Shown here: positions 1-12,462 of the stretch, one piece after another
How the letters are laid out: each line of letters starts with the position of its first letter
Position numbering within the stretch: the stretch's first letter is position 1
NCBI GenBank assembly: GCA_964016885.1
Contig: OZ024744.1
Coordinates: 105,586,001 to 105,650,000 of the forward strand
Direction: 5' to 3'
Length of the DNA stretch: 64,000 nucleotides
Source of the DNA: Eledone cirrhosa
Taxonomy: Eukaryota
Notes under the pieces: model-generated
What the model was told of the DNA's origin: nothing
The model's database searches: none
What the model saw: the letters and a program-made list of their open reading frames with translations, nothing else
Translations under genes and position numbers: made by a program

Positions 1-80
1 TTGTCACCTAATTCTTAGCTTTATTACAACCTTAACCTTTCCCTTGACCAGCCTATGCTCAAACCACCATTCAGCACCAC

Positions 81-131
81 ACATCACATGAATGGTGTAC
101 ACATCACATGAATGGTGTACACATCACATGA
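81..131. repeat. 20-bp tandem repeat, about 2.5 copies (acatcacatgaatggtgtac)
   Basis: Directly visible at 81-100, 101-120 and a partial third copy. Confidence 0.9.
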
Positions 132-790
132 GTCATACTGTGAGTTTTGAGATAGTCTATTAGATGGCATTATTTGGAGCTAGCATGCATCCATGGGGTC
201 TTATATTTATGTTTCATTTAGAACATGTTATTGCAAATTCATAGATCAAGTCTGGCACACATTTGAAGTAGATAAATCTCATTGCTGTTGGATCTGCCCA
301 TGCCTTAGAATCCATATCTACTCATGCATTGAAGTCACCAAGGATGATGAGTTTGTCAGCATGAGAAACCTTTTGAATAATTTCTTTCAGAGACATGTAG
401 AAGGAAAGCTTCTCTTCTTCAGGTGCATAGTAGGAGTATAAAGGCCAACAAGCGCTGCATATTGGTCATTCACTAACAAAACTCTCATATACATAAACTT
501 GTCATTAACTCCACAGGAGAGTTCTTCCAGACACGATACAAGAGTTGTTTTCCCTGTCAAAGCTGTATCAGATTCTTTCTTACACTCCTCCACTTTACTA
601 TTCCAGTAAAAGCTGTAGCCACTGGCCTGTTCCGTAAAATGACCCTCACTCACGAGCCTTGTTATAACCATATTATAATGCTCTAATTCCTTTGCTATGA
701 GCACAGATCTTCTTTCCAGATGTGTTGTGGCCATTCATTATCCAATAGTGTTTGGATGTTCCATCACCAGTATCTTGCAGTAACAGGATG
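130..790 (-). mobile_element. Decayed RTE-clade LINE, AP-endonuclease region
   Basis: ORF 387-734(-) reads RRSVLIAKELEHYNM...GYSFYWNS...LVGLYTPTM, resembling the N-terminal APE domain of RTE/BovB elements; degenerate. Confidence 0.7.
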
Positions 791-969
791 ATAAGCAGGC
801 ATGGGCTGTGGTGCCCCAGGACACCTGCTGACCCAGACTTATTTACCACTCATTCCAGAGATCTTATTGCCATTGGTTTTAACAATGTTATTAGCCTTCA
901 TTGAATTTAGATTGTTGTTTAGGCTATAGCTGGCCATTATACTTTAGCAGAGAATTATATCTAGAGAGT

Positions 970-1398
970 TGTAATGTTGCCACGAGGAACCATCTTTGGT
1001 AGAAAGATATGATAGGAATATCGACAACGACTTTAGCTTGTTTTTACATTATTTATTAACAAAGGTTAAGAAGTGAATTAAGCTGGCATGCCAAGAATAA
1101 TGAAATCATTCAATTAAGATTACAAGAGAAAATACGGTCGACTGGCTGAGGCGTTTGGCCAGGTCCGTAGTAAAATTGTTGTGTCGTTACATATTGTTTG
1201 TGCTTACGGAGAAAAAGAACAAGTGGTGTTTACCTTAGCATGGTCAAGCTGCCAGAGTGAGATTCCTCAAATCTTCGCGGGCTATTTCTCCCTCAGGACG
1301 CGCAGGGATACATCCTCTTCTCCTGGTGCTGATTGGCTGAGCTGAGCCAAATCACGCACAGAGAATGTATGTGAGCCCGCGGATTGTAGGTCACTACA
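970..1398 (-). mobile_element. Possible solo LTR
   Basis: 429-bp CpG-richer segment bounded by TGTAATG...CACTACA (TG..CA inverted ends), with AATAAA on the minus strand near 1052-1057. No matching target-site duplication (TSD) seen. Confidence 0.4.
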
Positions 1399-1997
1399 AT
1401 ACTATAAAGCAGAAAGATATTGGTGGTGATTAAGTGATATCTGTACTGGAAGCTTTTTCATTGAGGGAAGGCATTGCACAGGACCAAGCCCACTCTCTGA
1501 ACAGCAATGATAGGCATCCAAAGAGAAGAACAAGTCAACATTGGTTGCCATTGAGTTGCAAGTGGGCTTACTGTATACCTGGGTACCAACTCAGGAATAT
1601 CTATGTCTTCACATAACATTAGGCTTTTACACATATATAAAGTTATATTTATATTTACACACATGCACACTATTGGATGGGTGTTGGCTCTTTTGAGTTC
1701 TCCCACTGTTTGTCAGGTTTTGTTTTTCATCCTGTAGGATGTCTAATGAGTGAAGATGTGCCAAGAAATCCCAGTGGAATGAAGCCAGTGTAGAGGTAGA
1801 CCAAGGAAAACCTGAATGGAAGTGGTGAGAGCTAATCACTGAAGAAGAGATGATGAAGGAATGCTGCAAATGGAGAGATGCTGTGCTAACCAAGATCCCT
1901 CCAATCCATCCAAAAATAGAAAAGTAGATACAAAAGGGTGATGATGAGAGTGATGGTAAATTTATCTGGTTCCAGCCATTGTGGCTGTGGTTATATA

Positions 1998-1998
1998 T

Positions 1999-2031
<33 letters not shown>

Positions 2032-2220
2032 GTTTAACATCTATCTTTCCTTGCTTGCATAGTTTCGATGGCTTGTCATGTTATAAGACAAGTCGGATCA
2101 GGTGATCACAACTTCCTCACACGCATCTGTATTTTGGTTTGGTTTGGTTTGTACAGTTGGATGCTCTTCCTAACACCAACCAAGTTACTGTGTGGACTGG
2201 GGGTTTTTTATTGTGGCACC
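1998..2220 (-). mobile_element. RTE-type 3' tail fragment with (GAT)n tail
   Basis: Reverse complement contains ttggtgttaggaagagcatcca and ends in a (GAT)n run, as at 6841-7007. Confidence 0.7.
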
Positions 2221-2329
2221 AAAATGATCATCCAACAGGGTGGACTGGGTGTTTTCATGGTACTGAGACAAACAGCATCCTTCCATTCTGGTAGTGGTGG
2301 TGCCGTGATAAAATGTACCTCATACATGC

Positions 2330-2485
2330 TGTGAAGTTGTTGGAATTAGGAAGGGCATCCAGCCATAGAAGCCATGCCAGATTGGAATGTAGGAGCAAGA
2401 CATAGGCACCTGACATGTCTAGCATCAAAACATGACAAATCATCTAACCATCTAACACATACAAGCATGGAAAATAGACATAAAA
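2330..2485 (+). mobile_element. Diverged RTE/SINE-type 3' tail
   Basis: ttaggaagggcatccagccatagaa...caagcatggaaaatagacataaaatgatg, running into the GAT/GGT array. Confidence 0.6.
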
Positions 2486-2895
2486 TGATGCTGATGATGA
2501 TGATGATGGTGGTGGTGGTGATGGTGGTGATAATGATGATTGTAATGAGGATGGTGATGATGATGATGATGGTGGTGGTGGTGATAGTGGTGGTGATGAT
2601 GATTGTAATGAGGATGGTGATGATGGTGGTGATGGTGGTGGTGGTGATGATGGTGGTGGTGGTGGTGGTGGTGGTGGTGGTGGTGATGATGATTGCAATG
2701 AGGATGGTGATGATGGTGGTGGTGGTGATGGTGGTGGTGATGATGCTGCTGGTGGTGGTGGTGATGGTGGTGGTGATGATGCTGCTGGTGGTGGTGGTGA
2801 TGGTGGTGGTGATGATGATGGGGTGATAATGATGATTGTAATGAGGGTGGTGACGATGATGGTGATGATGATGATGATGGTGGTGGTGAGGATGA
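2485..2895. repeat. Compound (GAT)n/(GGT)n trinucleotide microsatellite
   Basis: Directly visible; explains the poly-M/V, poly-H and poly-P/S ORFs. Confidence 0.95.
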
Positions 2896-3239
2896 CAATA
2901 ATGCTTACAACTGAATGCCCTTCCTATACCAACTGCTTCACAGAGAGTACTGAGTGCATTTCATTGTGGAACCAGTATTAGGGATGTTGTTGGTCACTGA
3001 CATGGCAGAAGAGTCCACTCAACCCCATGGGGATGGATGAGAATGACTAACCAGTCCCCTGTGTTTCAAGGGGGTGGTAGTGAGAACAGGATTAGATGAA
3101 AGAAGGATATCATAGATATATAAAGTGTAGTGGGATTTGAGAGGGCAATAAGTAGGAGGATGTAGGCACGTGTGTGTATATACACATTTATTAAAGAGCA
3201 ATGGTCAGGGGGTTGTGTATATAGATATATTTATACAGG

Positions 3240-3596
3240 GTGTCACGCAGTAATACAGAGTACCCGACCTCCCATGGGTACAAGCTGAAGCATATAGACA
3301 ATATGCCCCCACACCCCCCACCGCAAGGTGGTCGTGGAGGTGCCACGGTAAAAAAGCACCCAGCCCACACTGTAAAGTGGACGTGTAGGTGCCACGGAAA
3401 AAGCACCCAGCACTCACTGTAAATGAGGTTGGTGTTAGGAAGGGCATCCAGCTGTAGAAATCAAGCCAGATCAGTTCCTGTATGAGCAAGGCATGGTCAG
3501 CCGACCAGACACTGCCCACAACAGGACAACCCGTCTAACCCATGCTAGCATGGAAGAACGGACGTAAAACGGTGATGATGATGATGATGATGATGA
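3240..3596 (+). mobile_element. RTE LINE 3' end (5'-truncated) with (GAT)n tail
   Basis: Near-identical to 22995-23301 and similar to 6570-7007; internal approx. 48-bp repeat gccacgg..aaaaagcacccagc.cacactgtaaa. Confidence 0.8.
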
Positions 3597-4180
3597 GGGT
3601 GTCCCCCAAAAATATATGCACAAAAATATATGCACACAAAAATATAAGCACACAGATAATTGCATTAAAATAAATTCAGTTTTATATGCATTATTTGAAT
3701 TAGGTAAACATTTTTAATGAAATTATGTCTGTAGACCATTTTATTTTTGGGAAAGGCCTGTAGAGGTAATCAAAGTAGACTCGCATCTACATGTTAACAC
3801 ATATCAGAGGAGCTCCCAATTCCAGAGTCAGGATCGATCATTAATAGATCGTTCCTCGAGTTGATTGACAGTGAAACATGTGTAATATGTAATTAAATAT
3901 GTATATGATGCAACACTGATTCTTTTAAGGTATCTATATTTGAAGTTCTCGTTAAACTTTAATTAGTTACCTACCTAGCTGTGTGTGCTTACACACTTTA
4001 CAAATTATCCCCTGTGATTGTTTCATATGTTTATTTTATATATATATATGTCAATTGATTTCTAGTTGATATAAATGCTCGGATCTATTCATTGGAATCT
4101 TTGAGCATATTCTACAGAGGTTATGGCGCATGTCTCTCAGACATGACATCCTTAATTTAATTTTGTTAATATATGTATGT

Positions 4181-4381
4181 AAAAGGTAAACAGAAATAAC
4201 AACACAATCAGTACAGTATATTAGGTTAACGCTTGAAATAGCAGGAAGAGGGTCTTAACGTTTCAGACGCTAGTCCTTCATCAGAAGAAAGAATGAGAAA
4301 TAAGATAGATTGAGGGGACGGGCGGGTTGGAATTGGAAAAAATGTCTTTAGATAAAAATAACAGATCCATTCATGTTGACA
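4181..4381 (-). mobile_element. Solo 3' terminus (pseudo-LTR) of a Neptune-like PLE
   Basis: Matches 34891-35103, which is attached to a GIY-YIG coding remnant, and matches 30181-30394. Confidence 0.85.
4253..4288 (-). ncRNA. Minimal type I hammerhead ribozyme motif (family 1)
   Basis: Minus strand: tctt-CTGATGA-a-ggac tagc gtct-GAAAC GTT-aaga; 4-bp stem I, 4-bp stem II and palindromic AACGTT stem III. Confidence 0.8.
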
Positions 4382-4403
4382 TCTCTATATATATGTATAT
4401 ATC

Positions 4404-4750
4404 GGAGGCACATAGCTTAGTGGTTAGAGCATTGGCCTTGCAATCAAAAGGTTGTGAGTTCAATTCTCAGACCGGGTGATGTATTGTTTCCTTGAGCAAG
4501 GCACTTTATTTCACATTGCTCCAGTTTACTCAGCTGTAAAAATGAGATGATAGGGACTGGGGTCCATATCATTCCACTGCAAAGTGGTCGTGGAGGTGCC
4601 ACGGCAAAAAAGCACCCAGCACTCACTGTAAATGAGGTTGGTGTTAGGAAGGGCATCCAGCTGTAGAAATCAAGCCAGAATCAGTTCCCGTCCCACCCTT
4701 GCAAGCAGGGAAAAGTGGTCATAAAATGAAATGATGAATGATGAAATGAT
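4404..4750 (+). mobile_element. tRNA-derived SINE family A (CORE-like body, RTE-derived tail)
   Basis: A box tagcttagtgg, B box gagttcaattc, body ccttgagcaaggcacttta, tail shared with RTE 3' ends; five copies in the window. Confidence 0.9.
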
Positions 4751-4889
4751 GTGGGTGTGTATTAAATAAAAAATTAAAAAAATTTGTTGGAATCAACTCA
4801 TTTAGTAACAACACGTTGAACTTTTATTTATCTTGCCAATTCATAATTAAGTGGATCCCTTCCCACACACACACACACATATATATATA

Positions 4890-7007
4890 CTGACAAGAAG
4901 GTAGCTTGGAAGTGTCACTACGAGAGACTACTAAATGAGAATAAATGAGAAAAAGATAGTCTGCCCCAAATTGATCCAATAGAGGGACCAGCGGTGCAAG
5001 TTAAAGGTAGTATAATAAGTAAGGCAATCAAAGATATGAAGACAGGCAAGGCAGCTGGGCCTTCGGAGATAGTTGCTGAGATGTTGAAAGAATCTGGAAT
5101 GATGGGACATACAATAGTCACCCGGATAGTAAACCAAGTCATACCAAAGGGCTGGCGTAGCAGCATCATCATTAACTGCTACAAGGGTAAAGGAGATGCT
5201 CTAGCTAGAGGAAACTATAGAGGCATTAAGTTAGTTGACCAGGTCATGAAGGTCACAGAAAGAGTTATAGCGCAACTAATCAGAGATCGAATTGATCTAG
5301 ATGAAATGCAGTTTGGGTTTGTGTCAGGTAAAAGTACCACAGATGCTCTTTTCCTTGTACGACAACTATAGGAGAAGTACCTAGTTAAAAGTTAACCCCT
5401 CTACTTAGCTTTTGTTGACTTGGAGAAAGCTTTCACAGAGTCCCCCGCTCCATTATCTGGTGGGCCCTTAGAAAGCTAGGAGTAGATGAATGGCTTGAGA
5501 GCTATACAAACCATGTATAAAGATACAGTCAGCAAGGTTAGAATTAACAATGAATATAGTGAATAAGGCTCTGTCCTTAGCCCCCTCCTGTTTATTATTG
5601 CCCTTCAGGCTATAACAGAGGAGTTTATGACTGGCTGCCCATGGGAACTTCTATAAGCAGATGATCTAACTCTCATAGCTGAATCTATGGCTGAACTAGA
5701 GAAGAAATTCCAAACATGGAAGCATGGCCTAGAATCAAAAGGCCTTAAAGTTAACTTGTCTAAGACTAAAGTTCTAGTATGAAGAAAGGAAAATAGGGCA
5801 CGGGTGCTCTCTGGGAAATGGCCATGCTCAGTGTGTAGGAAAGGAGTAGGTAGAAATTCCATTCTATGTCCCAAATGCAAACTATGGGTACATAAAAGAT
5901 GTAGTGGGATCACAGGTAAGCTATCTAAGAACGTAGATTTTATATGTAGCCGATGCTCAGGTGCAATAAGGAGCAAGTGCCCACAGGATACTAGCTCCAG
6001 ATGGTTCTATAGAAATAGTGGACACTTTCCGTTACATGGGTGACAAAATCAGCAGTGGCGGAGGGTGCTCTGAAAGTATAGTAGCCAGAGTTAAAACAGG
6101 ATGGAAAAAGTTCAGAGAGCTTATACCGCTGCTGGCCATAAAAGGTTTCTCTCTGAAAATGAAAGGCAGATTGTATGATACTTGCATATGAACAGCAATG
6201 TTACATGGCATTGAGACATGGGCATTGTGTGCAGAGAGAGGATCTGCGCAGACTGGAAAGGAACAAAGCATGCATGCTCCGTTGGGTGTGTAATAGTAAT
6301 ATACATGAACGGCAAAACTTAAATGAACTAAGTGAGAAATTAGGAATAAGAGGGATCAGATGCTGTTTACTTGAGAGAAGACTACGTTGGTATGATCACG
6401 TGATGCGCATGAAAGATGTCAGCTGTATAAAAAAGTGCAGGGCAATCAAAATTGATGGAAGTTATGGAATAGGTAGACCCAGAAAAACCTGGGACGACAT
6501 GATAAATTCCAACCTTGCACACTTGTACTTCTCTAAGACAATGTCACTGGATCGAGATCTTTGGTGCCGTGCAGTAATACAGAAGACCTACCTTCCCTAC
6601 GTGCAAAGTTAACCTACAGTCAGTAGACCCCTCCAAACCAAACATACACCCCAACCTACTACCTCTATTCCATCCTCCCACTCCTACCAAACCACCCTTT
6701 CTCTGTAAAGTTATGTTGATACCACAACATTCAGTCCAAACTAATGAGATTGTGTAGGTGTCAAGACAAAAAAGCACACAGTCCACACTGTAATGTGGTC
6801 GTGTAGGTAACACGGTCAAAACCTCCCAGTCCACACTGTAAATGTGGTTGGTGTTAGGAAGAGCATCCAGCTGTAGAAAACCTGCCAGACAGTCCTATAC
6901 GAGCGAGACACGGTCACCCGACCAACCTTGCCTCAAGTTGGATAATTCCCATCTAACCCATGCTAGCGTGGAAGATAGATGTTAAATGATGATGATGATG
7001 ATGATGA
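4890..7007 (+). mobile_element. Decayed 5'-truncated RTE LINE (RT + Cys/His finger + 3' UTR)
   Basis: GKAAGPSEIVAEML, NYRGIKL, QFGFVSGKSTTDALF, AFVDLEKAF, a YADD motif hit by a stop (L*ADD), CSVC..CPKC..WVHKRC, RLRWY, GRPRKTW; ends in (GAT)n. Contains stops and frameshifts. Confidence 0.95.
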
Positions 7008-7040
7008 TATATATATATATATATATCAGTATCATTTGAA

Positions 7041-7220
7041 TTGGCAGTATCGCTAGAGAGTTGGACGCCATGCTTTCTAGCATAATTACGTCCCTTTACA
7101 GTCTGAGTTCAAATCCTGCCAAGGTTAACTTTGCCTTTCATCCTTACGGGGTCGATAAAATAAAGTACCAGTAATGTTCTGGATAATTGTTGGCCTTGTG
7201 CCTAAAGTAGAAACAATTAT
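7041..7220 (+). mobile_element. SINE family B (Meta-domain-like)
   Basis: gagttcaaatcc B box followed by gcctttcatccttacggggtcgataaaataaagtaccagt; other copies at 7667 and 31903. Confidence 0.85.
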
Positions 7221-7666
7221 AAATTAACATTTGTTCTCTTTGTTGGAAAGGGTTAGGTGGGTTGTCACACACACCAAATCAGTTCTTAGTTGAAGTTACT
7301 GACTGACCTTTCAGACAAGCCAGAGATTGCATCTTGCTTACATATGTTCCTGCTGCACTTAACAGGGTGCATCAGGTGCACACATTCAGAGACATGTATC
7401 TCTATACTGATTTATATGTCAGTACATTTGCAGGTGTGTGAGCAGGTGACAGAGAAGGTAGATATTGTGTGACAGAGAGTAGTCAACAGTGATAGAACAC
7501 TGTATGACATCTTGACACTTTCCTTACATCCACCTCCACTACTAATCAGGTCATCTAGTGCAGTAGGTGCCAACCTTTCCAACCTCAAGGACCATTAAAT
7601 TCATAATTTTAAATCTCGCGGGCCACTGATATGAATTTAAAAAAAAAAAAATACATTTGTAAAATA

Positions 7667-7840
7667 ATTGTTTCTACTTTAGGCACAAGGCATTACACAG
7701 TGCATTACTGGTACTTTATTTTATCGACCCCGTAAGGATGAAAGGCAAAGTTAACCTTGGCGGGATTTGAACTCAGATTGTAAAGGGACGTAACTATGCT
7801 GGAAAGCATGGCGTCCAACCCTCTACCAATACTGCCAATC
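7667..7840 (-). mobile_element. SINE family B, inverted copy
   Basis: Reverse complement of 7041-7220 at high identity. Confidence 0.85.
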
Positions 7841-8199
7841 CATTTGTAAAATAATGATCAGAGAACTTCCATTTTATTAAACAATACTGAAGTGTATGTA
7901 CGTGTGTCATATTATCGATAGATGATACATATGTGTAAAATTCTGCCAACACCATACAATGTTGTCTCATTTATCCCGATGTCTCCTCCCCACCTTCCAC
8001 CAGCTATCCTCACCAAGCCCCATCCAGCATTCACCCTTTAGCTGTTACCCCACCTCCTCTAAAGCCCTTCAATACCCTCACTATCACATCTTAATAGCTA
8101 TCACATTCCCCATATCCCACCCACTAGTTGCTATCCTTACCATCACTACACCACACACTTGTTTTCATTCCTTACACCCCCCCCCAGATACCATAAAAA

Positions 8200-9000
8200 G
8201 CTATGGAGGACCTTTCAGTCAAGTCAAGGAAGGTGTTAGGAAGGGCAACCAGACATAGAAAGTCTGCCAAACAAAGGGGTGAGAGGAACCCTTTAGTTGT
8301 GTCAAAGACATGACAACCTCCCCTGTGCACTTGATAGAACATAAGACCATACGTGAGATGCAGAACAAAAGGTAGATGGTAAGATGACTGTGTGAGAACC
8401 GCAATGCTACATGGAAATCAGACGTAGGCTTTGAATGCAGAATATCTGTGAAGATCGGAAAGAAATTGTGGATGTGGAGGCCTTGCCAGAAGTATTAGAG
8501 TCAGTGACATCATGGGGCTAGATGGCTTTGCTGGAAGGACGGGCGAGTGACATCATGTAAGTGGAAGTAGGACAAGGGGTCGACTTTTTACTTTTGGACT
8601 GTCATGGATACAGGATGTGTTCTTGCCATTGATGCTTATGTTTATAAGTTCTGGCCAGAGTTTAGGTGGGTAGGGCACTCATGGATATAGATATACCCCA
8701 TTCTGGACAAGATCAACAAGGGAAGTGAGCTACACTTTTCCCTTTGACAACTGAAATGAAGCAATCATGCTTGATAGATGTGCAATGTTAGTGTATATGA
8801 GACAAAGTGAAAATGAACTGAGAGAAAAGCTAGACATTATGGGGATTAAATGCAGAGTACAAGTAATGGTTTAGACATGAGATGTGAATGAAGAATGTCA
8901 ACCACATACAAAAGTGTAGGCTGTCCAAAGTTGATGTAACTGAGATAGTCTCAGGAAAACTTGGTGTGATGTGGTCAAAGCTGACACAAGATTGAATTGG
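8200..9000 (+). mobile_element. Highly decayed RTE-related remnants
   Basis: ggtgttaggaagggcaaccag tail motif near 8232; 8760-8980 resembles the RTE C-terminal region (ELREKL..., RKTW). Confidence 0.5.
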
Positions 9001-11791
9001 AATGGAACAGCATTTTTTAGGACCCTATACTACCTCCCTCAATACCGAAATTCCCTACCTATTTTTCTGTCGTTCACATCCCTGATACCCCCCCCCCCTC
9101 AACTCATCTGTGGCAGCATAGAATGACAGACACCCCTCATGCAGGGGCTAGATGTTGCTCACTGCCTCACTTCAAGACAACCCCAGTGACCCATTATTTA
9201 CTGCCCTCACTCACATCCCCAATTCCCCCATCCAATTACTTGCACCAGCCGACTTTAATTGGGAGTTTGGTGTGTATTCTAATTTTTCAGTGTATGTGCA
9301 CCCGCCCCCAGGGTAGAAACTATTCCCAAAATGGGAACGTATTAACGAGATGTGATACCATGACCCACCTAGGAGGGCAGTAACCCCGAGTAAGAACTAA
9401 TTTGGATCGTAAAAACCAGTCTAACCCATACCAGCATGGAAAGCGGATTTAATATAATAGTTATCAAAATGATATACACATAATTTTAGGTCACATATTT
9501 TGTGTTATATACATCTATAGGTTTTGTTTTGTTGACCATTTAAATATTTTGTCTGTTAGGTTATCCCTGTGAGAAATAAAGCAAATCTAACTATTATTAT
9601 CCGAAAGATCAAGAAGTTCGCTTCATAATCATATGGTCCTGAGTTAGATACATGGCATATTAGGCAAGTCCCATTTATAATAAACTGGAAAGTGGAGGTG
9701 GTTAGAAGGAAACTTTTTAGAAACCCATCGGATTGATGTGCCTGCAGTTTAAAGAATTAGCCTTGTCGCATACTATCACGCTGATTTTCCCGATAATTAC
9801 GTTAAGACTAGACGTTAAAACAGCCACATACATGTTAATTTCACGAGCAAGCTATTCCGTTCATCGAACACATGAAACACTCATCGTCGAAACAGACGGA
9901 AGTTTATATCATTCCACTATTTACACTCACCTCATGGAATATTGGGCGTTTGCAATGTCTAGGACTGGCTCACCCTCTCCATCCGCGCCCTCAATACCAT
10001 GCGGAACACCATGAAATCATTCAGTAAGAGCTGTCAACACTCGCCATGAAACCGTCCTTTTCCCTTTTCATAAATCAAAACAATTTGTGCTTTATCAAAA
10101 TATACGTATTATTTGCTGAAACATTTTGATGTGAAGTTATGTTATGACATATCTTCTATATAAAACTATAAAATTGTCGCTATTATCCTTTCTAGTAAGC
10201 GCTGCACGGCAAGATATGTTGTCAAGTTAAGTTATCATGACTTACATCAACTTCACATCCTTTCAATTTTCATTCACCAGAAAATTCTAGATCTTTGTGT
10301 CTTGTCAATATTTGATAATTATCTAATGGAAGAGAGACCAGTACAACTTTAGCATATATTTGTTCTCTTTTCTTCACATCAATATACACGAACATCTCAT
10401 CTCATTCGCATCAATAGAGATATCAGGCATCATCTCAGTTTAAGAAACATCTCATTCAATATCATAGCGATCTTCTACGCTTATGGTGATTAGTTTTCGG
10501 TAAACCAGTTATGCTATCCAGTTTCCATTCTCACTTGTAAGCGCATTCTTTCAATTCGGAGAAGAAAGTATGATCCTATCAAGTTCCCATGCCTATCTTA
10601 TCTAAAAAAAAACAACGAAACGTGCTGTTAAATTAACCGCCTCCAACACCAACATTTTAGTGTAATAACAACAACAAGGGCAGCAGCAGGAGTGAGTGTC
10701 TGTTTTAGTCATGTATAGTTATTAACAACAAGCAAAGGGCGCACGTTGCACCGTTTTATATTCAAGAACGGTAACTCTTATAGTTACTTGTTCCGGGATC
10801 AGATTAAATGGTCGCTTGTGAGACCATGAGAACTATAGTTGTGAATTAGCAGTTAATCAGACAACTGTTGGCCGTTCATCATCTTAACAGATAGATGTAG
10901 GTCAGAAACTGAAATATGAATCTTTCACTGAAGTGGATTGTTTTATTTCCTTGCTATTCTCACATGAAAACCTAATACACACACTGTTTTATATATAGTT
11001 AGAGCCTAACAGCGCCTATTTTCTTTTTATATATATACTTCCATAAAAACTATTTTTGTACACATACTCATGCCGTTACTATACTACATTCAATTAAGGT
11101 AAGCAATTTTGTCACTAGTTGTTTACAATGTTATCGAACTTAACATCTTGCATTTATTAACATTTAAATTTAATTTGTTGTCTTTTTTTAATTATCTGTT
11201 TTGATGTTTTTTTAAATTCAATTTGTTGTCTGCTTTACAATGGTTCCGTAATCACAAATATTTACAAATATAACATTACTTTCTTAAGATTAACTACATA
11301 CCCTAAATTCTTATTTTCCTTCTTTTCTTTTAAAACTTTCCTGTATCCCATCAACAATCTGTATATTCCTTATCACTTTGTTGAGTTTAATTAAACTTTA
11401 TGAAACTTTTAAATACTTACCATCTATGTATTCTTTGCTTATATATATAAATATATATATAAACATTTTATGCCAAAAGGCTTTAAGTAAACACTAAAAG
11501 CTGTAATTTCATCACTCACTGCTATATTAGTGATATGTAATTAATACAACAGATAACATTTCTTTTTCGTATTTTACAATTCCACACATTTCAATAACCC
11601 ACTCCTAGTGTTTATCAAGTTTTAAAGGTAGTTCCTCTACATCACAATATAGTAGTGCTATATATATATATATATATTCATTTTTAACTTTTCCTAGTTT
11701 CTTCTCGTAAAAGTCTAGCAAAAGTTATGAAGGAAAGTAGTTTCTATTATCTCTGAGTTACATTAGCTTCCAAACGGGTGTTGAAACCCTG

Positions 11792-11837
<46 letters not shown>

Positions 11838-12289
11838 CTTCGAGATTGGTCATGCTTCAGTTAAGAGTTAATTTATATACTACTAGTACTACTATTACTA
11901 CCACCACCACCACCACCACTAGAGTAATACAGTTTTCTTGTGAAGTCATTTTCACTTACATCAGAGCAACTACCTATTTCTAATTATTATTATCATCATC
12001 ATCATATTTGAAGCCTGTTCTTTTGTTTTATACATTGCGGCTAAAGCCATGCTGGAGCACCGCTTTCAGTATGCATGTGTACATGCACCTTTCCTTCAAC
12101 ACACATACACTGACGGGGTGTGTATATGTACATATACTCATGTGTATGTATTTATATGTAGGTTTGGCTGTGCAAACAGAAGAAACGAAACTCAGTACAT
12201 GGATAGAGTGATGTACATTTTATAGCTACGAGCTATACTCGAGGACAGGGAGTTTCGTGTATAAGGGCACGTACCAAGCTGTGTATATG

Positions 12290-12462
12290 TGGTCGTAGCA
12301 TAACCAAATGGTTAAGAAGTTTACTTCACAATCATTAGGTTCCTAGTTCGATCCCACAGCATGGCATATTGGGCAAATGTCATTTACCATAGCCTCAGAT
12401 CGATTCATGCCTTGTGATTGACATTGGATAAACAGAAACTCCGTGGAAGCTCGTCGTATATA
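12290..12462 (+). mobile_element. tRNA-derived CORE-like SINE family C
   Basis: tggttaagaagtttacttc...agttcgatccc head, ttgggcaaatgtc body, ends gaagctcgtcgtatata. Confidence 0.7.

Noticed and set aside
2374-2898. Poly-His, poly-Pro/Ser and poly-Met/Val ORFs
   Set aside because: GAT/GGT microsatellite expanded from a retroelement tail.
3595-3762. Tc1/mariner-type MITE (agggtgtcccccaaaaa ... tttttgggaaaggcctgta)
   Set aside because: The TIR match is poor and no left TA TSD is visible; cannot be supported by eye.
4404-4475. tRNA gene (also at 30413 and 31132)
   Set aside because: A and B boxes are present but there is no complete cloverleaf or acceptor stem, and the sequence continues into a SINE body.
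7559-7640. hAT-like left end (cagtaggtgccaacctt)
   Set aside because: No matching right TIR or TSD identified with confidence.
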